Shown here: positions 36,481-49,733 of the stretch, in pieces
Layout of the letters: every line of letters begins with the position of its first letter
Position numbering within the stretch: position 1 is the stretch's first letter
DNA from: Oculina patagonica
Taxonomy: Eukaryota
Assembly (NCBI RefSeq): GCF_052425735.1
Contig: NC_135761.1
Span: forward strand, 12,152,001-12,216,000
Direction of reading: 5' to 3'
Length of the DNA stretch: 64,000 nucleotides
Notes under the pieces: generated by a model
The model's input: the letters and a program-made list of their open reading frames with translations, nothing else
What the model was told of the DNA's origin: nothing
The model's database searches: none
Translations under genes and position numbers: made by a program

Positions 36481-39400
36481 GTTTGAGAAGTCTTAATTAA
36501 TATCTAGATCTGAGTGGACAAAAGTCAGACAATATTCCACAAGGTTGAGTTTATTATCGAACAAATTGTCAACAAAATGCATTTTATAGCTAGAAATATT
36601 CTGGTTGTGTAGCACTTTGCAAGACTTCGGACGAACCTTGGGCAACCAATGTTTAGTGAAGGATATCTATAATGTAGAGTTGACAGCTAACAATAGTTTT
36701 CTGACCATATGGGCATTGTGCCAAGTTGTTAAAATTAGGCAATATCAGTATTCAGCTTAATAACAACTGTAAGTACTACAAAATTAATTAACTTCAAAAT
36801 ACCTCATCAATCAAAACACAAACAAGAGCATCTTTGTCGTCAATTAACTCCTGGATTTTCTGGAACATTTTCATTACCAATTTACCACTCTGTCAAAGTG
36901 AAAAAGAAATAAAGTTAAGAAAAGAAAAAAAATAAACAAATCTTAATTTATTCAATTAATTTAAATTCTGCAACATTAAAATTCAAATACTTCAGAAGAA
37001 CAAAATTATTAATATATTATTTCTAAAGATTATTTATCAAAACTTGCCTCAGAAAACCACTTTGAAAACAAACTGTGGCTATTTATTTCAATCAGCTGAC
37101 CATATGAATATCTAGGATAAAAACAATATTCATCTTTTTATAAGAAAACCAGATTACAGCAAATAAAATTATGTCGACTCAGAAAGTATTTGATAAGTTA
37201 TCTGATCCAATAAAGTATACATTTAACAGTATTTACCGATCGGACAATCTGATGCTCAGCTTTTGTGCCAGTGCTTTACAAAGAGATGTTTTGCCAGTTC
37301 CTGGTGGACCTAGGGGAATTGTTGTAAAAATATTCCCAAATCATGTTTACTTAATACTTCCATGTCAGTAAGCAGTCCTTATTTGCATTTTTTTTTTCTG
37401 TTAAGTCTCCATTCTGTCAATCCAAAGTCAAGTGGTAGGTCATGGAGGGGGCAGGTGGCTCTTGTAAAAGTTTTCACTTATACTATAAGTGAAAACTTTT
37501 ACAAGATAGTACAGTAATTTGAGTGTGAGATAGGCTTGGGATTTTCCACAAGTGATCAGAGTGGTAGTAACTACAATTTTAATAATTTGTGTTGTGCTCT
37601 CTCTAATAAAACAGATTCAGGGCTTGGCCACGCTCTGTCATTCAACGCTGACTATGCTCTTGCCCTGATAGTGTAGTGTTGTGTGATGGAGAAAGGATGA
37701 GAACTGAACTTCATCTTGCTGGAAATCACAGCAGATCCTGATTTGAGATCTTTTTTTATTGAAGGGTCAATGGTATTAGGTATTCTCTAATAAAATGATA
37801 TTATTTTTAAATACAGTATTATCTAATATAATTTACAAAGAGCATGTCAACAGTACAGGCATACTTGTACATATTTGTAATTCTTACCATGAAGAAGTAT
37901 CACTCGATTCCATGATATTACATTACTGTTCACACCCCTAAATAAAAAAGGGACAATGCAATGTACCTTAATGTAAATGAGGCTTTCTAAAGAACTGTTT
38001 TTAATATTATAAAAATGTGCACAAAACCAGGGTACCAAAAGTTCATGTCTGATGGCCTGAGGGCTTCTAAATAGTAAAGAATTCAAACTTCACTACCCCA
38101 CTACACAGATGGTAACTAGTAGTTTTCACAAGCCCAGACAGTGGTTCCCAACTGCCAACCATTAACTCTGTTTTCTGTAGCAGGAACAGACAACGAGTAT
38201 TGCTGCTAATCTACCTTACACCATTTTTGTCAAGTTTCCCCAAAATCAATTCACTGGTACCCATTTATATAATATACTAAATAGAAAGAAGTACTGACAG
38301 TGATTCAGAAGTAGTGTCTAAGTTCCTAACAACACAACATGAGGGGCAGAGACCAAGGCTCAACCCATCACTTTTTACAATGATACCTAACTTCTGCTAG
38401 ACCACTCCACATTGAGAGTATACTAGATAACATCTACATGCATGTATACAGGGCTGTGCTTTAGCAGAGCCCGGGTGCCACAGGCGACTTACTTTTGTCT
38501 TTGGGCAACTTGTATAACTTTGCTATCATGAAAGCTTTCAAGAGCTGGGCACCCAAGATTTCTTACAGAAGAACCTTTGGGCACCCTGTAATTATTCTAA
38601 GAGCACAGCTTTGGTATAAATACATTTACATAAAAGGATGATTACAAACCTGTCTGAGAACAGTAATGTTGTCATTGCATAGTTAATCAGCTGTGAAAGA
38701 ACAAAAACAATGTTGTTTTGCAATGTTATTTGTTTGTTAATATTGGCTTGATAAATAAACAACAACTTACTCCACAATAATGATGAATGACAATAATAAA
38801 GGACACAGCTGAGCAAATGGCACTCCAGCAATAGTGAGGAAAATAAATTTATTTAATCTTACCTGGGCTTTTACATCTGAATCAAATATTAAACTTTCCC
38901 AGATTCCATGAAAATCCTCTGAGGACAAAACAAAACAGAAGGTAAATGCAGGTCTCTTAAGCTTCAAAATAAAACTGACATTTGAACTAACAGGGAGACC
39001 AAAATAAATGAATGCCGGTCACCTCGCCACCAAGCAATCTCGCCACCAACCAACTCGCCACCTAGCGAAGTCACCTTGGCTCATGGATTAAAGAACGAGG
39101 AATACACCAGTTTTGGTGGCAAGTTGGTTGGTGGCGAGATTCCCTGGTGGCGAGGTGACCAGATACCACATAAATTAGACCTGGACAGACTGTGGCACAT
39201 ACCAGATGGAAGAAGCCAGTGATTGGCAGCTGCAATGTCTTCTTCCAACTCTTCTGTAGCTGGTCCATCGTCATGCAACTGGAAAACATGGATTGCTAGC
39301 TTGCAATTCTTGAGATTGCTCTGAAAAATAACAAAATTGGCATCTTATTACGGTAATTATACACTGTACAGTGGTTTGAGGGTGATGTACCAGTAGTCTC

Positions 39401-40454
39401 CAAATAAATAGCAACCTGGCGAATGCAGGGACCTGCAAATTTCGGCCAGCATCCCATGGAGGGGGGTGGGGAGGGGTGTAATACTGTTTTACTACTTGAT
39501 GCAAACCGAGTTTAAGTATTAAAACATGGGCATGTCGCTGACCAAGGAGCCTTTGACAGAATAGGTACCCCTTTCATATACCTTCGACAGAAAATGGTAT
39601 CTCCTAAGGGGGCCTTAACAAACCTACAGAAGGTTTACTACATCTTTTTTCTTAATTTTTCACTCAACCAAAACCAAAAAGTGAATAATCTCAAAATGCT
39701 TTTAAAAATAAACCATTTGTTCAGTGGGTCTGTTAGAGATATCTTGAAAGGCCCATTCAATACCTAAAGATATTTTTCCCTTCCCTATTGTAAACTATTA
39801 CTTATGAAATCCCTACCCTTTTATATACCTAGAGCCTAAAAAAGGTACCCCTTTCAGGCAGAGCCTCATGACCCATATAGTACACTACAGGGAGGAATTC
39901 CTCCCCCCCCCCCCAGAATAATCTACTCCACTGACTTACCTGTCTGTCCTTGGACACTAGTTCAGTGTCACAGACACACACAGATTTAACATGCTCTGTT
40001 AAAAATCCATCTGTGAATTCTGTGAAGGTTGTGTCACCGTAAACTGCTGCCTCGTACATCAAAAACTTCCTCACATTCTCTTTTATAACACCTGGGCGAG
40101 CCGTGCTATAAACAGAAAGAAAGCTACTTCACAAACATGATCATTTATCATTTGTTTTCATATAAGCTTACTGTAGGCTTTATAAACGACAAAGGGGTAT
40201 AAGATATATACACTGTCGTAAAACAGGGATACAGAGAGGATATTTAAAATTAAGTAAGCAAAAGCTGTAAGAAAAAAATAATACAAACTAAGATAAGGCT
40301 TATGATTAAATAACCAATAAACTTGTTCTACACAAAATGAAAGGACGTGGAATTGAATTTCTACTCACCTACAAGGATCTTGGAGAACTTCAACATGGTA
40401 AGTTAGAGGAGCTTGCAAAGGAAGAGCCTCTGAGAGATCGTGGACTTGCTCCAT
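32900..40454 (-). CDS. TRIP13: Pachytene checkpoint protein 2 homolog (AAA+ ATPase), ~433 aa, 17 exons
   Basis: Exons 40454-40369, 40105-39940, 39320-39203, 38918-38863, 38690-38650, 37937-37888, 37309-37237, 37111-37048, 36889-36803, 36176-36070, 35643-35575, 34453-34369, 34267-34227, 34065-34048, 33451-33398, 33294-33225, 33016-32900 sum to 1302 nt in frame; [77 protein letters not shown]. Confidence 0.95.
34503..34730. mobile_element. hAT-like MITE with 6-bp TSD in TRIP13 intron 11
   Basis: catgca-CAGGGCTGCA...TGCAGCCCTG-catgca. Confidence 0.8.
34978..35175. mobile_element. hAT-like MITE with 5-bp TSD, copy 1
   Basis: ccaac-CAACCCTCCAAGTTT...AAACTTGGAGGGTTG-ccaac; same family at 43980-44198. 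Confidence 0.85.
35300..35355. mobile_element. 56-bp minimal palindromic MITE
   Basis: TAATCTCGTTCCCAGATCT...AGATCTGGGAACAAGATTA flanked by acttgaggg / actcgaggg. Confidence 0.75.
36200..36345. repeat. Long palindrome (MITE-like) beside a TRIP13 acceptor
   Basis: atatatcaaacac..gag.cagtgtttcatc..atccaaacacc and its reverse complement around a ~50-bp spacer. Confidence 0.8.
39016..39162. repeat. Palindromic MITE with ctcgccacc subrepeats
   Basis: ggtcacctcgccacca...tggtggcgaggtgacc. Confidence 0.75.
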
Positions 40455-40748
40455 AACGTTAATTAGATCTTGTGAGTTTTTCTATTGTTCTTAACACAAT
40501 GTACATCTTCAAATTTCAAACATATACAGCGAAAATTGTTCTTCGAGCGTTCAAATTTTTGCGCCAAGAGGAAATGAGCCCATGATAAAAACCAGCGGCT
40601 ACTGTCAAAACTTACAGGCGTAAATCTGAAAAGCATTCCGTTTGGCCAGCGGTTAAACAAAATGGAATAAGCGCTAACGATTACTGCGCAGTTTCCGTTT
40701 CCGGAAGTTCCGCGCCATATTTTGAACGGAATAGTTTGCAGTGAAAAC
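40455..40748. promoter_or_regulatory. Bidirectional promoter TRIP13/CEP76
   Basis: 294 bp between divergent ATGs; CCGGAAGT 40701-40708, GCCATATT ~40714, TTTGAA 40721-40726 (+) and 40550-40555 (-). Confidence 0.8.
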
Positions 40749-43700
40749 ATGACTCTTCCTTCGGAAAAAGTACAGGAACTCAAGCAAATCATTCACAGCC
40801 ATCTGTCGCAAATGAACGTGCATTCTAGAATTAAGGAATACGTAGACGAATCGTTTAGAGGCGAAGATCCAGAGAGCTCGGGAATTGACGAAGCGGGGTT
40901 GCTCAATGCATTGAAAGAACGAGGGATCGTTGATGATGTGATGAATACGCTAAAATTCGAAGGTCTTGAGAGAGAACCAAGGCGATCAAAAGATAGAAGG
41001 AGGACGGACGCTGTCGAAGAAATACCCACAAGAGGTAATGCAATGTTAAAATTTACGCACATAACCGACGACATAATCTTAAACCGGCTTGTACCGCTTG
41101 TTGCTTTGTATAAACAAACAACCCGTTCCCTTCGCAAATTTTACAGTACATGAAATAGCTTTGTTAATTTTCCTTTCTGACACCACTTTTAACGGCTAAT
41201 CCATGTCCTTTCATGTTACCGCCGACACAAAAATGTACTTAGTAAATAATAATGATCATGTTTATTTAAATACAAATTGTGTTTTTGTTTGCACATCATT
41301 TTAATTTTTTTTGTTAAGGATTTAGTTTTATCTTATGAAGAAGGCTGAAGTTCTTGGTGCTTTGGGTAGAATATGCAATCGGTCAGATGAAGGAAAGTGG
41401 TGGGGATTGCATTAAAAAAGCATTTTGAAGAATAGGACAAACAGAAATATGCAACTCCGTTTTCACTCCTCGAATTCTCCCAATCCTCTTACTTAATCTT
41501 TTTTACTACCCCCCCCCCCCTCCTACTTTTTATACCTGCTTATACCCAGTTTTATAGTGGCATTGTTCATTCATGTCATTCATTTTATGAAATTGAAAGT
41601 ATTATTTTTTGGTATGTTGCAGTTGGAGTGGATCCTACCAAGCGTTACCTATATCTACAGGTGCTTGGAGGAAAAGCATTTTTGGAGCATCTACAGGATC
41701 CTGAACCCTTGCCAGGAAAAGTTACATCCACATTTACTTTATATGTTCACTTTAAAGGACAACGATTTAGGTCCAGGCCTGTTCCTTGTGCCTGTGAACC
41801 AGACATAAATGAAGGTAAATCTAATATTGATTTTTAGCCAAAATGTCACATCTTCATCACTGGTTGCTTACAGTGCTATTGACTTAAATCCATTTTGTGT
41901 ACCATGATGATAAGAAGCATTTCCACTCCCCCCTGAAGGAGTAAAAGTCTGCTTTTGAACATTTTTTGGCCCATCTGACTGGAGCTTTCGCAGTTTCGGT
42001 AGGTGTGTCCTGCCCAAGAACGCAACATAATGACCACAGCCAGGGCTCAAATGTGGAACACTTGATCCGGAGTCCAGTGCACTAACCATTAGGCCACCGC
42101 ATTTAAAGAAAATTGAGGAACAGAGTAAGCCAAAAAAAAAAATCAGAAAGACAAGCATGTTCTCACAGGGGGCTCTCCTGTGAGATCTTTCTACCCAGAC
42201 CGCAATCGGTTTACTCTGCTCCCTGATTTTTTCTCTCCATATCCCACATTGGAGCCTTTTGACAGGTTGTGAATTGTCTTGCCCAAGAACACATTACAAA
42301 AATAACTGATTCAGAAGTGAATCAAGCTCTTACTTTGGATCTTTGAATGGGCAGCCTTTACCCTTAAAAAAGCCTGCTGTTGAGCCAAGTGGCTCATCAA
42401 GACAAAGCTCATCTGGTTCCTGAAGCATGAAACGACTAGGAGTATTTTACTCACCCCATGGCCTAGTAGATGGGATGCTTGTCGACTGCTAGGGTTACCA
42501 CCAGCAGTAAATTCGCTGGTACCCATTTATACACCTCTAGGGGTGGAGAGAGGCACTATGAGTGTAAAGTGTCTTGCCTGAGAACACAAGGCAGTGCCTT
42601 GACCTGAGCTTAAACCCAGACCAGTTGATCCGGAGTCTGGTGCACTAAACATTAGGCCACCGTGCCACCCATAACCATTACCTTTAGGCTACTTGGACAT
42701 CATCTCCTGCAAGCACTGACATTCATCTTCTTCCATAGGGTTTTTATTGGAGCTGCAGAAAGATGGTGGCAAAATGGCTGACTCAGCGACTCTCTTATCG
42801 TTATCAGATCACATTCATCTAGTTCTTATTAAGACAGATCCTGCAGGTGACACAACATTGATTGGTTCACATTTTCTCACATGGCGAGATATCCTGTCTT
42901 CAACAACTGGACGACTGGCATGTCCTGTTGAAATTAATGGTGTAGGAGCTGAGGCTAAAGTACCCATGGGAATATTAGAAATAAAATTAGAAATAATTCC
43001 GAGATTGAGTCAGGTAAATGAACACTGTATCTTACATCGCCGTGTCTATTTGTGTTATTTATTTATATGGATTTTACTTTGAATTCCTGGTAGTTTCATG
43101 CTAGACTCAGGAGTCCTTGATGGACAGTCCCAACAGGTTTTTTAGGATATATGGCATATGTCATCATTATCGTTATCATCATCATCATCTTTTTTTCCCT
43201 TTCACTACCTGGCCTGGGAGATAGGCCAAACCTTGACCAAAAGACTACAAATAGACTCAAAGAAATACATACCGGTATTCAAATTTAATACACCTGCAAA
43301 CTGACAACCTAGATACAGGATTCTATTCCTTGAAGCTTGGTGGGAAATAAATTTAAGTAAAAAAGTCATGTTCTCTTCTACAAAAGTGGAGGTTTGGGGT
43401 AAAATAATGTATGCGTAGGAAGTAATTTGATGGAAAAAGAATTATACAGATCTTTCTTCAAAATTCCATTCCAACATGTAATTTACATTTAACATGTACA
43501 GTCAATCTCTTCAAAATGGACGCCAAAGGGCCAGAGCTGAGTGTCCTTACAGTGTTCTCCCTAGGTATTTAAGGCCAGGCGGGCCGCCTAGCTTGATTCA
43601 CAGTAAAATTGTTGCCGCCTGGCTTAAAATTGAAGATAAAATGCAACGTAACCTTAATTTGAAATGTGGATCTGGGAATTCCTATCCATGAGCAAAATTA

Positions 43701-46700
43701 ATAAGAAATCACTTAATATTATAATGAAGTCGACGAAACTGACTGGTGTTTTTTTTACTGAATTTTCTCACCATTAATACGATTATAAAAGTGATTTATC
43801 CTCGCATTAATATGTTCAGAACTGTGATGCATTTGTTTTGTTGGATAGCAGCTATCTTTATCAAATTGTCATAGGAACACAACAGCAGTTTAAGCATGTT
43901 AAGGTGTTGTACGCAGGAAACTGAACGAAATTCCAGCGTTCCTGGAAAGTATGGTGAACTCAGTCGACTTGGGTTGCTCCAACCCTCCAAGTTTATTTTT
44001 TTCCTTAGTGGCCATTTGGCCACCAACTACTCAAGTTTTGGTCGCCAGTGAAACACTTTAGTCGCCAAATTAAGCTGATGCTTTCAATCATTCCTCTCAA
44101 TTTTAGTCGCCAGGCTGGCGACCTTGGTTCAAATGTAGTTGCCAGCTCCAAAATTTTAGTCGCCATGGCGACTGAAATGGTCTTTACTTGGTGGGTTGTG
44201 CTCGGAACAGTAACAAAAAGCTTCTTAAAGCCTGACGCAAAGTAAATAAGTTCATTTCTTACTCTGGAAAAGAGACAAAAGAGCGATAGTAACGTGGGGG
44301 AACAAGTTCCATGAATCAGGTTTTGATAGTTGAAAATCACACTCAGAATACCCCCTGGCCTTCCCAAAATCCTAGGGAGAACACTGCCTTATTATGGAGA
44401 TGTTTATAAGAAGAGTTTTGACTGTATAACATGTACAAGCCTGCATGCAGACATTTCCTATTTCATTCCTGCTGCCAAAAGGAAATGAGAAGTGTGCATG
44501 TAGGCTATCCTATTGCAAGACATGATACATCATGTTTGTAAGAAATATATGCTCCAGTCTACTATAAAACAAGCATGTGTTTAAAATTTCAGATCTTAAC
44601 CAAAGATGTAATAGCAGCACAAGTCAACTTGGAACACTCCAGAATAGCTGAAAGAGAAAGACTTTTCTTGGTGTATGCAAAACAGTGGTGGAGAGAATTT
44701 CTACAGATTCGTTCATCTCATAGTAACAGACTCGTTAAGATATTTGCTCAAGATGAATGTGGTACAAATCGTCCAGTGTGCTCATTTGTTTGTCCTCTTC
44801 GTGCGGGACGATTGCTTGATAGTCCTAGACAAGCTGCGAGGTTTGTTAGCTTGCTGGGTTATGAACATGCACCGTCAGTTGGTGGTGGAAAGGCAGAGAT
44901 GTGGAGCAGTTTGCATGCATTTCTGTGCAAAGGAAAAGGGGTAAGTATAATGTTTGAGGAAAAAAAGTGAATGTGATGGAAGTCTAAAATAGGAATTCCC
45001 CTACCAGAAGCCAGGCATTACAGAATTATCCAGGGATGAAGCTACTTGTAACAGCTGGCTGCCAGCTTATTTCACTGGCTGTACATTAGCAGATCTTTTT
45101 ACCCTTTTAAATTTCACTAGAAAATGAAAATAGGAAAATTTTGCTGGTATAAAGAACAGAACAGGCGGCTGGGCTTGTTAATGAGCCGGCTTGGTTTTTT
45201 CTTAGCTACATCCCACGATTTGTGGCTGTGAATTCCACTGTCTTATCATTCTTTACCACAGCTGCTGAGAGACAGCTCATTGTAGTCTTGAAAACAAAAT
45301 AATATATCTGACAAGTACATTGCACTTATTCTGCACTGTATACTGCGATACACTGTACTATTTTACATAGCTATTTTTGACCATTTAGTTCTAAACCCCA
45401 TCCTTGAGAAAAGTATCAAGCTAAAAGTGGGGGGGGGAGGGTACAACACATGTTGCTTCGTTCTTAATAGCTTAACGCTTTAACGTCTTCATTGTCCTGA
45501 GAATGTTATCAAGTCGACCTCACTGTCAACCAAAAACCTTTCTAACTTACTCCTTCCACAATGTGGTAATCTTAAACTGGACTTTTTTGACAAAAGACAA
45601 ATTTTTTGACATTATTACTTCAAGGACTGTGAAGACCATGCAGTTCTGCTGTGTAGTCTGTTGCTGGGCTTTGGTCTCAATGCGTATGTCTGTGTGGGCA
45701 CCAAGGCTAAAGGTGCGGCCCACACTTGGGTCATGACAATCAGCCCCGAGGGAGAAGTCGCATTTTGGGAGAGTTTAACGGCACACAGGTATTGTACACG
45801 TTTCTTTATTTGTTGAGGGTATTATAGCTGTTTCTGCCTTTCACAGAAGTTCTAAAGATTCAATTTGTAGAGCTACTGTAATAAGCAAACGCATGTAACG
45901 CAATGAACCACTGGGGAGTTGAGGTAACTCATGTAGCCCACACGAAGCACACTAAAACACGGAAGCCACATAACGATTGTTTTTTTGCTCTGCTCCGGAT
46001 TGATTGAAAACTTAGGTTTGCTCTAATTGGTTTAAGCACATTGCATATGCTTAACACGTGCATCCTTTTGACCAATTACATAGCTTAGCAAATACAAGGC
46101 CAAAGTGTTCATTGAAAACCGTTCTTTCGAACTTAACTCAGCGAAACCAATGATGTAAGTAGCGAAATAAAAGGAATATATTGATTAGCATTTGATTTGA
46201 CAGGTATGCGCATCGTCCAATAAACCCAGATGACCCTCCTGCCCTGAAGCAGTCACGCCCTGAACACCCTTACAGAACAGTAGGATGTGTATTCAATCAT
46301 CGCTCATTCTACGCCAACAGTCAGGTCAGAATGAAAGCTATCCGAAACTCATAAGGGTATTCTGGGGTAATGCTCGATTCCTTTTGGGTGGAAGAACAAA
46401 AACTAATACGATGTAGTAGGAAAGTTTGAAAACTGATGTCTGTGGCTACCACGGTTATGGAACAAGTATTATTTCCGAGCAATTTAGGCGGAGGGGTTAA
46501 GTACACACGATTGGAAAATCTTGCGCGTAATCTTTCCGCGCACCCTCCAAACTATGCGCTTGTATTTGCCTGTACATGTCCTTGTATCCGACATTTGTCA
46601 AGACTGAGCACCGTGATATTAATTGGATGTTTATTGTTTTTAGCCAACAGATTCCGTTGAGGTTTGTCAATTTGAGCTTCAGAATGAGACGCGGTGGAAG

Positions 46701-49301
46701 AGTATGAGTGAAGAAGCTATACGATCAGTGTGTGGACCTAAACTACTGGTAAGAGTTTTACACTTGCTTTTCCACTCCTTTAGGACAGAGTTTCAACATG
46801 GTTTATACGGGTACCATATCTTCTCGATTAAACGCCGGGTACCGAATAAACGTCGTGTCTTCAAGCTAGAGTTGAAAATAGGCCTCTCAGGTATTAGTTT
46901 AAGGCATAATAAGCTGTAGGTATACTAGAAAGATATATGTTTGTCAAAAATAATGAATAAAAACCATTGCTAAATGAAAACCGGGCTCGAATAAACTGCA
47001 AGAGTCAAATAAACGCCGGGTCAACCAGGCTAAGTTTAAAATAAACGCCGGGGGCGTTTAATCGAGAAAATACGGTATGTGCCGCTGGATTTCAATTTAA
47101 GTCTTTAGTGTGAGTTGGGGTAGCAATTTGAGGGGTTTTTTGTCTGAGGCAGGGTAGGGGTTCCTTGTTCCCAACGGAGCATCGCTACCCAATCTTTTTC
47201 CCCCGCCCGGGACCGGAGATCAGCACACCAAACATTAGGTCGTTTATTCTCTAATCTTTGTTGCTTGTTCCCAGATAAAATTAGGCTTTTTTTAATTCAT
47301 TTTCGTTCGTTGCATGTTCGTGACGTTTGCCTGTCGTTTCCAGTGGGAGCTATTTTGCCAAAACAAAGAATCTGAATTTTCAGAGTACGTGTCATTTTAA
47401 CGTCGTTAACGCAATGCATCTGTCTTTTCACTGCAGCCAAGTGGTCCAGTTTTCCCTCCTCTATATCCGCCCAGTGTGGACTCGGCCCTAGTTAGTAATG
47501 ACATGGAGCATGAGCTGAGAAGCCTGGTGACGGATCATAGAAGGGTAAAGTAATCAACAGTTTATGCTATGTGTGGACTAAACATTGCCGATTGTTTGCG
47601 TAAAATTCCATACACGTGAAATGATTCAGAGATAAGAAAAATATACCCCTTTGGCGTTTTTCAACTTCCTTGACAGAGCGGACTAAGCTATAGGGAATGC
47701 AGGGATGGCGCAGTAGTGAGAGTGCTCGCCTCCCACCAATATGGCCTGGGTTCGATTCCCGGACCCGGCGTCAAATGAGGGCTGAGTTTGTTGTTGATTC
47801 TCATGATTGCCCCTCCGGCTTCTCCGGTTTTCCTCCTTCCACAAAACCAACACTTCTAAATTCCAGATCGATCTGGAACAGTGGACAAAGATCCACTCTG
47901 TGGAAGTGCCGCTGCAAATTCCCATCATTTATTTTAATTCATTTATTTTGATTTACTATAGAGTTTTCATTTGATTTTATTCCTAGGATCTTGGCTTAAA
48001 CACTACTTGGGATGACGAGTTAAGTTATATTCTAACCCCAGCGCTTGCTGCGTATGAATTAGAGCACAGTACAGGAGTTTCCGCCGGAAATGAAGAGTTC
48101 CAACAAGCCATCAGAAGAGCAATCCCTGACGGGCATACCTTCAAAGGGTTTCCTATCCAATTTGTACATCGCAATGCAAGACGGGCTTTTGCCACATGTC
48201 TTAGGTAAGTAGTGTTTGATTGACAGCTTAAATGCAGGAATAACGAAGCCCGTGCAAAGTTTGATGGAAACCGAGCAAAAGTTAAAAACTCGAGCCTGAC
48301 ATTTTAAAATTTGCCCGTATTATAATCCATTTCCGTCTTTGTCATCGTTAGTCATCCTTGCTTCCTAAAGACTGCTTTTCACTCACTCGAAACGAAGTCG
48401 GAGTCGAGACGTAATCAGAAGCGCAGAGTGTTACGATCTAGTGAAAATCAAACCGATGAAGTAATAACGAGTTTGCGATTCCGCTTAGAGCGGTTTTCAC
48501 TTGAGTGTCGAAAGTTAATTGCGTTTGCTTTGGTTTTGCATTGCTACGCTTAGTGATTGGTTTAAAAATCTCGCTCCACTTTCTCAGCCAATCAGAAGTA
48601 AAACCAAAACCAATCGTGACTCGCGCGCGCACGTTTTCCCGCGCTTCGTGCCGGCTACATGTATTTGCTTTGAGTTTTGATTGGTTCACTGAATTGTCTG
48701 TGTTTTTTGTGATTGGCTAAAGTAATTACTTTGGTTTTGGTTTTGGTTTTGGTTTTGGTTTTGGTTTTTCGACACTCAATTGAAAACTGCTCTATGACTC
48801 CATCGCTTATGATCCAATGAAAACTAGAATGGTCGGCCTGAGAACTAGCATTATAATTGGTTTGTTCTTCCGCTTCTGCTTGCAACTCCGACAGACAATC
48901 TAGTTTTTACTGGATCATAAACGACGAAGACATAAGCGGAATCGGCAGAAAATGAAACGTTCTGATTCTTCCGACTCCGATTCCGTCACACTGTTCTACC
49001 ATAATTGAATCATTATTTTTGGGTTTCCTTTGACCTCAGTGTGTTCCTGGTTCGAATATTTAAGAGTACTGTGACAGAGTAATTTTTTATTCGTGCACTC
49101 TCCCTGTATGAATTGCGCGCTCTTTGAGAGCTGACTCTTATTTTTATGTTTGTCATTTCCAGGTCTCCAGTGTGTGAAGAGATCATTTGCTGCCGAGGAG
49201 ATCACGTGAGGTTGGCAGTTCGGGTCCGAGTATTCACCTACCCTGAGAGCGCGTGCGCAGTATGGATCATGTTTGCTGTCAGATATCGGTCAATTTTGTA
49301 A
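40749..49301 (+). CDS. CEP76: Centrosomal protein of 76 kDa, ~651 aa, 10 exons
   Basis: Exons 40749-41034, 41623-41814, 42739-43013, 44593-44940, 45625-45788, 46204-46324, 46644-46748, 47437-47544, 47987-48204, 49163-49301 sum to 1956 nt in frame; MTLPSEKVQELKQIIH, DPTKRYLYLQVLGGKAFLEHL, ERERLFLVYAKQWWREFLQIR, GDCEDHAVLLCSLLLGFGL, GHTFKGFPIQF, YPESACAVWIMFA. Confidence 0.95.
42372..42670 (-). mobile_element. tRNA-derived SINE in CEP76 intron 2 (5' fragment also at 42003-42101)
   Basis: Reverse strand begins ggcacggtggcctaatgtttagtgcaccagactccggatc...tctgggtttaagc (A/B-box-like). Confidence 0.75.
43499..44424. mobile_element. Three-level nested MITE complex in CEP76 intron 3
   Basis: TA-CAGTCAA...TTGACTG-TA contains cctta-CAGTGTTCTCCCTAG...CTAGGGAGAACACTG-cctta (43550-44386), which contains tgctc-CAACCCTCCAAG...CTTGGTGGGTTG-tgctc (43980-44198). 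Confidence 0.85.
46814..47075. mobile_element. pogo/Tc1-type MITE
   Basis: TA-CCATATCTTCTCGATTAAACGCC...GGCGTTTAATCGAGAAAATACGG-TA. Confidence 0.85.
47699..47950 (+). mobile_element. tRNA-derived SINE in CEP76 intron 8
   Basis: A box TGGCGCAGTAG, B box GGTTCGATTCC, ctccggttttcctcc core, AT-rich tail. Confidence 0.85.
48488..48792. mobile_element. TA-flanked MITE, copy 2, with (TTTTGG)n expansion, nested in an older repeat
   Basis: Near-identical to 31828-32108; host repeat spans ~48367-48990. Confidence 0.9.
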
Positions 49302-49733
49302 ACAATAATTATTTGTTTTTTCTATTATATCTTGTACTATAGTCTTTATCACAGAATTCAAGACCCTAAGAGCCCTGAATGGGGAACAAGGCTACTATTA
49401 ATTAAGTTTAGGGATTCTTGTTCTCTTCTTTTTTCCATAAGGTTCATTTAAGTCTATTTCAGTCGAGGAAGGTGGATGGCTTAACGGCGGTTTTTGTAAC
49501 TTTTAGCGGCAAGAAATATTACTACTTTTCTGGATGATAAAAAAAAAATAAAAATAAAAAATTTTTTTTTTTTTTTTTTTTGTGTTGGGGAGAACCCCCC
49601 ATAACCCCCACCCCCCCCTGCCAGTCCATCGCTGTTAACCATTTGCTCAGTATTTTGCCAGGTTTTCCCCAAAGTTTCCCCGTACGGTACGGTACTACTT
49701 TCTCGCGTTGGGAGCTGCGGTGGCCTAATGGTC

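Noticed and set aside
40722-40748. N-terminal extension of the CEP76 ORF
   Set aside because: Starts at TTG; conserved MTLP start is at 40749
47699-47772. tRNA-Gly-like sequence
   Set aside because: Weak acceptor stem and continues into a SINE body and AT-rich tail; SINE head, not a tRNA gene
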